From assembly GCA_964016885.1 (NCBI GenBank), contig OZ024748.1, positions 27,714,001 to 27,778,000 on the forward strand: a stretch of 64,000 bases of DNA. The letters run 5' to 3'. Of the stretch, positions 1 through 11,000 are shown piece by piece (within the stretch, counting starts at the first letter, position 1; each line of letters begins with the position of its first letter). Source of the DNA: Eledone cirrhosa. Lineage: Eukaryota. The notes under the pieces are model-generated. The model worked only from the letters and a program-made list of their open reading frames with translations, was not told where the DNA came from and ran no database searches. The translations under genes were made by a program, and so were the position numbers.

Positions 1-69
1 TGAACCTAGACATCGAGTGCTCACCCGGGTGAACCTGCAGTAACTCCAAGTTACAATCCCTATATATAT

Positions 70-513
70 ATATTGTTATACCTTGGGAGGGTCATGTTGC
101 CAATAAGAAACACACGCACCAGTTGCTTTCACTCCAATTTATTATAAATTAAATTTATAAATTTAAGAATTTATAAATTTCCGGTTGGTTGGTTGGTTCC
201 ATAACCGGACGGTTGTTCATATATTGTCAAAGTTCTTTCATCACACATTCTGTGACCTCTTCAGTGACTGGGGATTCTTTTCTTTGTTTTTGTGCCTCTC
301 CTTTGTTCTGTCCTACACCATCTTGTATGGAACCAACCAACCAACCGGAAATTTATAAATTCTTAAATTTATAAATTTAATTTATAATAAATTGGAGTGA
401 AAGCAACTGGTGCGTGCGTTTCTTATTGGCAACATGACCCTCCCAAAGTATAACAATATCGGTTTCAACACACGTTTTCAGATAAAGAATCTTGCTAAAC
501 AAATTCAGAAACG
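70..513 (-). mobile_element. Non-autonomous PLE-type foldback element, family A copy 1
   Basis: Inverted arms of 134 bp at 70-203 and 326-459, followed by a unique tail (460-513). Both flanks are (TA)n. Homologous copies lie at 38326-38814 and 62699-63066. An HHR-like fold sits in the loop. Confidence 0.8.
226..268 (-). ncRNA. Minimal type I hammerhead-like motif (family A)
   Basis: Minus strand reads GTCA-CTGAAGA-G-GTCACA(GAATG)TGTGAT-GAAA-GAAC-TT-TGAC. Stem I is GTCA/TGAC, stem II has 6 bp and stem III is very short. Confidence 0.6.
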
Positions 514-540
514 ATATATATATATATATATATATATATA

Positions 541-1164
<624 letters not shown>

Positions 1165-1347
1165 GTATATATATACATAGTCAAATATATATTCTTCCAG
1201 TTTGAAGTGTAAAAATTTATAGGTAGTAGACAAATGGATCCCCGTCGGGTTCAGCGATGCGTATTCCAGGTGTTCGATCAAGTGATATAACCTACTTAGT
1301 GTATTCGACAGATACCTAGACCTCTCGTGGAATTCTCACGCAGAATA

Positions 1348-2070
1348 TGTGTGGCATTGTGCGTGTGGCATTGTGTGTGTGTGTGACATTGTGTGTGTGT
1401 GTGACATTGTGTGTGTGTGTGTCTGGCATAGTGTGTGTCTGGCATAGAGTGTGTGTGTGGAATAGTGTGTGTATGACATAGTGTGTGTATGACATAGTGT
1501 GTGTGTGTCTGACATAGAGTGTGTGTGTGTCATAGTGTGTGTGACAGCGTGTGTGTGTCTGAATTAGAGTGTGCGTGTGTCATAGTGTGTGTGTGACACA
1601 GCGTGTGTGTGTCTGACATAGAGAGTGTGTGTGTGTCATAGTGCGTGTGTGACAGCGTGTGTGTGTCTGGCATAGAGTGTGCGTGTTTCATAGTGTGTGT
1701 GTGACACAGCGTGCGTGTGTCTGACATAGAGTGTGTGTGTGTGTCATAGTGTGTGTGTGACATAGCGTGTGTGTGTCTGGCATAGAGTGTGTGTGTGACA
1801 TAGCGTGTGTGTGTCTGGCATAGAGTGTGTGTGTGACATAGCGTGTGTGTGTCTGGCATAGAGTGTGTGTGTGACATAGCGTGTGTGTGTCTGGCATAGT
1901 GTGTGTGTGTGGCATAGTGTGTGTGTGACATAGTGTGTGTGTGTCTGGCATAGAGTGTGTGTGTGGCATAATGTCTGTGTGTGGCATAGTGTGTGTGTGT
2001 GGCATACTGTGTGTGACACAGTGTGTGTGACATGGCGTATGTGACATAGTGAGTGTGTCACTGTGCGTGT
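1348..2070. repeat. TG-rich compound minisatellite
   Basis: Recurrent GTGTGTGACATAGC and GTGTCTGGCATAGA units. Confidence 0.9.
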
Positions 2071-2378
2071 GACAAACGGTGTATATATTATATAAATAGC
2101 AAGAGAGAGGGAGAGAGAGAGATCAGTTTGGTTTCTCAGCACACGTTTCACTGGTGGCTCAAAACTCTTCTGAATCACATAAAGATTGTTTAACTTATTT
2201 AACGAAGGGCTCGTCTTTGTAAGTCACGGGCCCCTCAGACGAGTAGAAACATCGACTATAAAACCACTGTGTATATATGTATGTATGCATATATACACAT
2301 ATAATAGTTATATACAAATGCATACACACACACACACACGCATACACACACACTCACACACACACGCATACACACACA

Positions 2379-2485
<107 letters not shown>

Positions 2486-2502
2486 GTATATATGTATATA
2501 TG

Positions 2503-2561
2503 TTCGGATCTAGCTGTCGAAACGGCCGGAGCTCAACCGTCGGGGTGCTGACTCTTTTCCT
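2503..2561 (+). mobile_element. Family G fragment carrying the 3' half of an HHR
   Basis: GTC-GAAA-CGG..CCG-TC-GGGG, homologous to 6105-6155 and 38080-38200. Confidence 0.5.
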
Positions 2562-2571
2562 ATATATATGT

Positions 2572-2908
2572 AAATAAAGGAATCCTGAGCTCTTCAAATA
2601 TAATATGTAGAAAAGAACAACACACGAGAGAGAGAGAGAGAAAGAGTGTGTGTTTATCAATATACAGGGAAAACCACCAGTGTATGGAATCTATAAACTA
2701 CGAAAGGTGAGGTAGACGCATAATAATTAAAAATATAAATCAAAATGAGTTTACCCACCTTTATAACTATATATCACACACGTACAAACCCAAAGGGATT
2801 TGTTTCGCCAAAAGATTAGTGAATGGAATGAAAACACCCAGGTTCAATCAGCGTGTGTTAAGCGAATACATTCCAGACAACTCTAAGAAAAACTTAAGAT
2901 AACTGCCT
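2572..2908 (-). mobile_element. (TA)n-embedded insert, family C
   Basis: Unique sequence between TA tracts that carries a degenerate HHR at 2776-2858. Confidence 0.5.
2776..2858 (-). ncRNA. Degenerate type I hammerhead (family C)
   Basis: ACACACG-CTGATTGA-(weak stem II)-GAAA-CAAATCC(CTTT)GGGTTTG-TA-CGTGTGT. Stems I and III each have 7 bp, the triplet is GUA, and the core has one extra nucleotide. Confidence 0.65.
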
Positions 2909-2923
2909 TATATACTATATATA

Positions 2924-3018
<95 letters not shown>

Positions 3019-3020
<2 letters not shown>

Positions 3021-3242
3021 GAGGTTATATTTAATTTGTTGGGATTCAACTAGCTTAAACATTTCTATCCAGGGAACTTCAACCGTTAAGGTTGTCTTTT
3101 TTCCGGGTATGTCAATATTTATTTATAAAACAAATATGTATTTTATCTGAGAAAAGCGCACCATAATTTGTCTTGGTTGCCCTTGAAATATATATAATAA
3201 AATAATTATGGTTTTATAAATATAGTTTTCATTTATTAATAT

Positions 3243-3247
<5 letters not shown>
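3019..3247 (+). mobile_element. Family D element, copy 1, with core-mutated HHR at 3141-3202
   Basis: Homologous to 7018-7486. Reads TTTTAT-CTGAGAA-stem II-GAAA-TATATA-TA-ATAAAA. Flanked by (TA)n. Confidence 0.7.
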
Positions 3248-3302
<55 letters not shown>

Positions 3303-3887
3303 TAACAGATTAAAGTTTAAGCAAAGAATCGCTGTTTCACCCTTAACGGGATCTTCTGAAACTAACAAAGTCAATCTGTAAACGCAGAAGTGGATATTTC
3401 AAAAAACGTTGCAACCGGAGGAAGACAGGAAGACGAAACTTTGGTTCGTGAAAACGTTCCCTGGCAAAGAACGGGAAAAAACGAATATTATACGTCATTA
3501 ATAGGAGCGGTGAAAAACAATTACGCGCAAAGACGGAACCACGTTTATGGTATAAAAGAAGTCGTAGACTAATGTTCTCTTAGGTGGTTCATAGAGACGT
3601 TCTCTGGCAATGAACGGAAAAAACGAAGATAATACGTCATATGTGGAGCATGGAGAACAATTGCACGCAAAGACAAAACCACGTAAATGGTATAGCTGAA
3701 GTCGTAGACTAAATTCTAACTAGGAAACCGAATGAATCTCCGCTTCAGAGTTAAGAAAAAAGTAAATAAATACAATACAGGGGTAATAGAAATAAATAAA
3801 TGCATACACACATTCAAATACGTACATACACAAGCATACGCAAAACACTTGCCATAGGTATACAAAACCACGCACATATAAATATGT

Positions 3888-3923
<36 letters not shown>

Positions 3924-4316
3924 ATACAAATAAATAATTAAATAAACGTATATAAATAAATAAATACGTATATAACAAGCGCACCCACATACCTACATGT
4001 AAATACACAAATGTTCGAAGACGTAAGTCAGCCAAAACATGAAGTACACATATACACACACCCTACATACGTACGAACCTGCATACACACGCAGACGCAA
4101 AACTCCCGTATACACATAACCAAACCATATGTACCAGAAAATATAAAAAATGTATACGCCACAACATAATCAATCAAATATACGTATGAGGAAGTATACG
4201 TACCTTCACAAAACATACAGGTAATATATACTTACCTATGCAAATAAGTAATGGTATAAACATAACATATACTTAGCTACCACATCAAGACGTAAAAAAT
4301 CCACGTATAGATCGTA

Positions 4317-4948
4317 CTATCCGTTAGGGTATAATGTGGGGCTGTAATACAGGAAAGTTTTGTGCAATTTATGTTTACAAGCCGAAATTGCCTCAGATTT
4401 TTTGTTTAAGATGTGGTCTGTGGCGTAGAGTATTTCCAGGGCCTCAGCGGCGCAGAGGTCACATGGTCTTTTATTTCCGTTATACGATCTAGCCCTAGCT
4501 AGGATCTCCCAGTGTAACTTAAATTGGGTGTGGTTGTCTTTTAGACTCCAGATATAAGCTGAAAGTGACGTCATATTCCTTCTAAGAAGGTAACGAAAAG
4601 AATGGGTATGCATGTAAAGACGCTGCTTGAATCTATTGGCGGTTAACCCTATGTAGGCCCTACGGGACGTGGGTGTTTCAACCTTACATTTGTAGACAAT
4701 GTTACTAGAGAGGCATTTCCCGGATAGGGGGCAATCAACCCGATTCCTACAATTACAGTTAGTACTAACTACAGGGTGGCACGTGTTCCTACGGTTAGGT
4801 AGTTTAGCTAAATTTGAAGCTGTGATGTTATAGGAGTCGTAGAGTAAGAAATTTTAATAGTATTTCTATTAACAATTTTACTATATTTATGTGTAGGGGG
4901 AAAATGCTTCGTAATAAGGGAAAGAAAGATCTTAGCTAATGGTGTGGC
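4317..4948 (-). pseudogene. PLE ORF C-terminus: RT thumb/linker, Cys motif and GIY-YIG endonuclease
   Basis: Manual translation gives FLSLITKHFPPTHKYSKIVNRNTIKISYS, a frameshift near 4830, then CNCRNRVDCPLSGKCLSSNIVYKC...AYIGLTANRFKQRLYMHTHSF...TSLSAYIWSLK...CDLCAAE...LNKKSEAISACKH. Confidence 0.9.
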
Positions 4949-5178
4949 TATGAACCACCTAAGAGAACATTAGTCTACGATTTCTTTTATACCATAAACG
5001 TGGTTCCGTCTTTGCGCGTAATTGTTTTTCACCGCTCCTATTAATGACGTATAATATTCGTTTTTTCCCGTTCTTTGCCAAGGAACGTTTCCACGAACCA
5101 AAGTATCGTCTTCCTGTCTTCCTCCGGTTGCAACGTTTTTTGAAATATCTACTTCTGCGTTTACAGATTGACTTTGTT

Positions 5179-5229
5179 AGTTTCAGAAGATCCCGTTAAG
5201 GGTGAAAGCAGCGATTCTTTGCTTAAACT
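5179..5229 (+). ncRNA. Variant hammerhead fold with CAGAAGA core in the PLE pseudo-LTR
   Basis: AGTTT-CAGAAGA-TCCC(GTTAA)GGGT-GAAA-GCAG(CGATTCT)TTGC-TT-AAACT. A second copy lies on the minus strand at 3314-3363. Confidence 0.55.
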
Positions 5230-5380
5230 TTAATCTGTTATTTTAATAAATATTTGCTCTACGGTTCTTATATATTTGATATATATTTATCCTTATCGAG
5301 CCCTCTTTGGATTTTAGTCTTCAAATTTATTATTGTTACTATATATATATATATATATACTTTTCATTTCTATACTTTTC

Positions 5381-5444
<64 letters not shown>

Positions 5445-5922
5445 GTAAACGAAATGGCAAGAAAACCAAAAGAAGACGGAGGATCGTCCAAATTTAGTAT
5501 ATTATCGTAACATCCATATTATGTGTGTGTGTTTGTGTATATATGGTTGTATGTGTGTTTGTATGTGTGTATGAGCACGTGGGTGTATTTATGCATGTAT
5601 GTGTGTGTGTGCGTGTATGTGTGTGTGGCTGTGTGTGTATCTACTTACGAAATGTCATATATATATATGTATTCATATGTGTCTTTGATATTGTTATTGC
5701 TGGTGGTGGTGAGGGAGTACTGTGACTGGAGTCGTGTTTATTTAGAGGAGACATTTCTAATGCATTTGTCAATAAGACAGATAGCATTCTATAGTTGTTG
5801 GTGACAAATCGTTAAGTTAGAGCTATAGCTGAAGCTGAAATATCGCTGAAAAACAAAATGGCTCCATTTGTATGTTTATCCACTCAATCAGCAGCATACT
5901 AAGAATAATCTCACTTATTCAA

Positions 5923-6312
<390 letters not shown>

Positions 6313-6315
6313 TAA

Positions 6316-6345
<30 letters not shown>

Positions 6346-6346
<1 letters not shown>

Positions 6347-6971
6347 ATCAGGTTTAGAAAATAATGAAAAAGTTTCAAAATAAATTTTAAAAAATTGACT
6401 TTACTTACTATAGTTACCTTTACCGAATCGGTTTCGAATCTCAAAAATAAACGGAGACCATACGGCCTTCGTTGCAAAGAAAGATTCTCGTCAGAAGGTT
6501 CTTTTCATTCGAAGAATATAAAATTCTTGAATTTAAATTACGAACTAGCGCTATCCAAAACTGTTCCCGAGATGAGAGTAAATGAAGTGGAATCAATTTT
6601 TTCAAGGGCCGAAGTAAAGATAGAGGCAGAGGGAGGTAGGTCAAACGGCCACCACTATCACTAGCAGCAGTCGGAACGACCAAATTTTTTTCTCAACATA
6701 GAGGAGAATAGTAATAATAGGATATGTGTTCCTACACGCACAAAGCGCTAAGGGACACATGTATTGTCCAACCATATGCCAATGTGGTTCAATGGCAGGT
6801 TAATAAATTAACGAGCCAGAACATATATAATCAGGTTTAGCAAATAATGAAAAAGTTTCAAAATAAATTTTAAAAAATTGACTTTACTTACTATTTACCT
6901 TTACCGAATCGGTTTCGAATCTCAAAAATAAACGGAGACCATACGGCCTTCGTTGCAAAGAAATATTCTTG
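6346..6971 (-). mobile_element. Retrozyme-like non-coding element with direct terminal repeats (family F)
   Basis: Direct repeats of about 140 bp at 6346-6488 and 6829-6969 (period 481-483). The HHR is complete at one repeat and 5'-truncated at the other. Flanked by (TA)n, with no recognisable ORF. Confidence 0.85.
6416..6499 (-). ncRNA. Canonical type I hammerhead ribozyme (family F)
   Basis: ACCTT-CTGACGA-GAATCTT...AACG AAGGCC(GTAT)GGTCTC CGTT...GAGATTC-GAAA-CCG(ATT)CGG-TA-AAGGT. GUA triplet, predicted cut between 6421 and 6420. Confidence 0.92.
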
Positions 6972-7017
<46 letters not shown>

Positions 7018-7020
<3 letters not shown>

Positions 7021-7484
7021 GAGGTTATATTTAATTTGTTGGGATACAAAAAGCAAAATATTTTTATAACTGATATAAAGCACTCAACAAATTATTGGAG
7101 TAAATATACAATATATTAACAAATGGAAACTATATTTATAAAACCATATTTATTTCATTATACATATTTCAAGGGCCACCAAGGCAAACTATGGTGCGCT
7201 TTCATCAGATAAAATATAATATAGGTTAGTTTTATAAATAAATATTGACATACCCTGAAAAAATGCGACCATTATGGTTGGAATGTCCTGGATAGTATTT
7301 ATTTATAAAACTAACCTATATTATATTTTATATTTATTTATTAAACTAACCTATATTATATTTTATTTGGGTGCCCCGTTTGTTTATGGGGAGGGGGGTC
7401 CGTTTTTATTTGGGTGGCCCTTGAAATATGTATAAGGAAATAAATATGGTTTTATAAATATTGTTTCTATTTGTTAATATATTG

Positions 7485-7486
<2 letters not shown>
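7018..7486. mobile_element. Family D element, copy 2 (minus copy plus inverted partial plus-strand copy)
   Basis: About 7103-7243 is inverted relative to about 7276-7486. Shares its terminus and body with 3019-3247. Confidence 0.75.
7153..7214 (-). ncRNA. Minimal type I hammerhead ribozyme (family D)
   Basis: TTTTAT-CTGATGA-AAGCGCACCA(TAGTTTGCCT)TGGTGGCCCTT-GAAA-TATGTA-TA-ATGAAA. Canonical core, AUA triplet. Confidence 0.85.
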
Positions 7487-7555
<69 letters not shown>

Positions 7556-7556
<1 letters not shown>

Positions 7557-7908
7557 ATTAATACATCTACCAACATATGCGTACACTAATACTAGTAAAT
7601 ATATAAGTTATGTCAAAGTACCTAGGTGGTTCAATGCAGGGGGATGCAGAACAATTATATGAAAGACGTAAAATAAGAAAATTTTAAAAATTAAAAATTA
7701 ACTTACTTACTAAAATTTTCACTCCAACTAATTAGTTTCTGTAATGGGATAAATATAGTTACACAATGTAACTGTCGAGAATTCATTACGCTTAAACTTT
7801 AATCTGTTATTTTGATAAATATTTGCACTACGGTTCTTATATATCTGATATATATTTATCCTTATCGAGCCCTCTTTGGATTTTAGTCTACAAATTTATT
7901 ATTATTAC

Positions 7909-7910
<2 letters not shown>
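7556..7910 (+). mobile_element. Insert sharing the family E 3' tail
   Basis: 7790-7909 is nearly identical to 5221-5340, while the upstream part differs. Confidence 0.7.
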
Positions 7911-7956
<46 letters not shown>

Positions 7957-7957
7957 C

Positions 7958-8029
<72 letters not shown>

Positions 8030-8099
8030 GCATATAAACGGGAAATTTTTTTATAACAATTCGTATATATATATATATACGAATTGTTATAAAAAAATT

Positions 8100-11000
8100 T
8101 CCCGTTTTTTATTGGGGGGGGGGGTCGTTTTTTATTTGGGTGCTCCGTTTTTATTTGGGTGCCCCTTTTTTTATGGGGTGTCCGTATTTTATTTGGGTGC
8201 CCCGTTTTTTATTTGGGTGCCACGTTTTATATTTGGGTGCTCAGTTTTTTTATTTGCGTGCCCCGTTTTTTATTTGGGTGCCCCGTTTTTTTATTTGGGT
8301 GCCCCGTTTTTTATTTGGGTGCCCCGTTTTTTATAGGGGGGGTGTCCGTTTTTTATTTGGGTGCTCCGTTTTTTATTTGGGTGCCCCGTTTTTTTATTTG
8401 GGTGCCGCGTTTTTCTATTTGGGTGAACCCGTTTTTTATTTGGGTGCCCTATTTTTTATTTGGGTGCCCCGTTTTTTTATTTCCGAGCTCCGTTTTTTAT
8501 TTGGGTGCCTGGTTTTTTTTTATTTAGGTGCCCCGTTTTTTTATTTGGGTGCCCAATTTTTTTACTTGGATGCCCCGTTTTTTATGGGCGAGCCGTTTTT
8601 TATTTGGCTGCACCACTTTTTTAGGTGGGGGGGTCCGTTTTTTATTTGGGTGTCCCGTTTTTTTATGGGGGGTCCGTTTTTTGTGTCGGTGCCCCGTTTT
8701 TTATGCGGGGGGGGGGGGGGGGGGGTCCGTTTCTTTATTTGGGTGCCCCGTTTTTTTATGGGGGGGGGTCCGTTTTTTATTTGGGTGCCCCATTTTTTAT
8801 GGGGGTCCGTTTTTTATTTGGGTGCCCCGCTTTTTATTTGGGTGCCCGGTTTTTTTATTTGGGTGCCCCGTTTTTTTATTTGGGTGCCCCGTTTTTTTAT
8901 GGGGGGGTCCGTTTTTTATTTGGGTGCTCCGTTTTTTATTTGGCTGCCCCGTTTTTTTATTTGGGTGCCCCTTTTTTTTATTTGGGTGCCCCGTTTTTTT
9001 ATTTGTATGCCCCTTTTTTTTATTTGGGAGCCCCGTTTTTTTATTTGGGTGCCCCGTTTTTTATTTGGGTTCCCCATTTTTTTATTTGGGTGCCTCGTCT
9101 TTTATGGGGGGGGGGGGTCAGTTTTTTATTTGGGTGCCAGGTTTTTTTATGGGGGGTCCGTTTTTTATTTGGGTGCCCCGTTTTTTTTATTTGGGTGCCC
9201 CGTTTTTTTATTTGGGAGCCCCGTTTTTTTACGGGGGTCCGTTTTTATATTGGGTGACCCGTTATTTATTTGTGTGCCCCGTTTTTTTATTTGGGTACCA
9301 CGTTTTTTATGGGGGGGCCCGTTTTTTATATCGGTGCCTGGTTATTTTATTTGGGTGCCCCGTTTTTTTATTTGGGTGCCCCGTTTTTTTTATAGGGGCG
9401 GGTCCGTTTTTAATTTGGGTGGCCCGTTTTTTATTTGAGTGCCCCTTTTTTTTATTTGGGTGCCGCGTTTTTTTATTTGGGTGAACTCGTTTTTTATTTG
9501 GGTGCCCTATTTTTTATTTGGGTGCCCCGTTTTTTATTTCCGTGCCCCGTTTTTTATTTGGGTGCCCGGTATTTTTATTTAGGTGCCCCTTTTTTTATGG
9601 CGGGGGGGGGGGGTCTATTTTTTATTTGGGTGCCCGATTTTTTTACTTGGGTGCCCCGTGTTTTTTTATGGGGGGGCCGTTTTTTATTTGGGTGCACTGC
9701 TTTTTGAAGGGGGGGGGGTCCGTTTTTTATTTGGGTGTCCCGTTCATTATTGGCGGGTCCGTTTTTTATGTGGGTGCCCCGTTTTTTATGCGGGGGGTGG
9801 GGGTCCGTTTCTTTATTTGGGTGCCCCGGTTTTTTATTTGGGTGCCCTGTTTTTTTAATTTGGGTGCCCCGTTTTTTTTTATAGGGGGGGGGTCCGTTTT
9901 TAATTTGGGTGGCCCGTTTTTTATTTGGGTGCCCCTTTTTTTTATTTGGGTGCCGCGTTTTTTATTTGGGTGAACCCGTTTTTATTTGGGTGCCCTATTT
10001 TTTATTTGGGTGCCCCGTTTTTTTTATTTCCGTGCCCCGTTTTTTATTTGGGTGCCCGGTTTTTTTTTATTTAGGTGCTCCGTTTTTTTATGAGGGTCCA
10101 TTTTTTTTATTTGGGTGCCCGATTTTTTTACTTGGGTGCCCCTTTTTTTATGGGGGGGCGTTTTTTTAATTTGGGTGTCCCGTTTTTTTATGGGTGGGTC
10201 CGTTTTTTGTGTGGGTCCCGTGTTTTTGTAGGGGTACGTTTTTATTTGTGTGCCCCGTTTTTTTATGAGAGGGTCCATTTTTTTATTTGGGTGCCCGATT
10301 TTTTTACTTGGGTGCCCCGTTTTTTTATGGGGGGGGCCGTTTTTTATTTGGGTGCACCGCTTTTTGAGGGGGGGTCCGTTTTTTATTTGGGTGTCCCGTT
10401 TTTTTATAGGTGGGTCCGTTTTTTGTGTGGGTCCCGTGTTTTTATAGGGATCCGTTTTTTACTTGGGTGCCCCGTTTTTTATGGGGGGTGGGCCGTTTTT
10501 TTAATTGGGTGCCCCGTTTTTTTATTTGGGTGCCCCGTTTTTTTATGGGGGGTCCGTTTTTTATTTGGGTGCCCCGTTTTTTATGGGGGTCCGTTTTTTA
10601 TTTGGGTGCCCCTTTTTTTTATTTGGCTGCGCCGTTTTTTTATTTGGGTGCCCCGTTTTTTAACGGGGGGTCCGTTTTTGATATTGGGTGACCCGTTTTT
10701 TATTTGTGTGCCCCGTTTTTTTATTTGGGTTCCAGTTTTTTTATGGGGGATCCGTTTTTTTATTTGGGTGGGGTGTCCTATTTTTAATGGGGGGGGGTCC
10801 GTTTTATATTTGGGTGCCCCGTTTTTTATTTGGGTGTCCGATCTTTTATTTGAGTGCCCCGTTTTTTTATTTGGGTGCCCCTTTTTTTATTTGGGTGCCG
10901 CGTTTTTTATTTCGGTGAACCCGTTTTTTATTTGGGTGCCCTATTTTTTTATTTGTGTGCCCTTTTTTTATTTCCGTGCCCCGTTTTTTATTTGGGTGCC

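Larger units (their letters stand above)
3296..5340 (-). mobile_element. 5'-truncated Penelope-like retroelement with inverted pseudo-LTR and tail (family E)
   Basis: Inverted repeats of about 300 bp at 3296-3594 and 4948-5247, then a tail to 5340. They enclose a coding remnant and a 3' UTR of about 1 kb. Flanked by (TA)n. Confidence 0.9.

Noticed and set aside
2135-2240. HHR-like strings CAGAAGA...GAAAC (minus) and CAGACGA-GTA-GAAAC (plus)
   Set aside because: Stems I and II cannot be formed and there is no valid NUH triplet.
5745-5795. Hairpin flanked by CTATAGA and GAAA on the minus strand
   Set aside because: The core is too divergent and there is no stem I.
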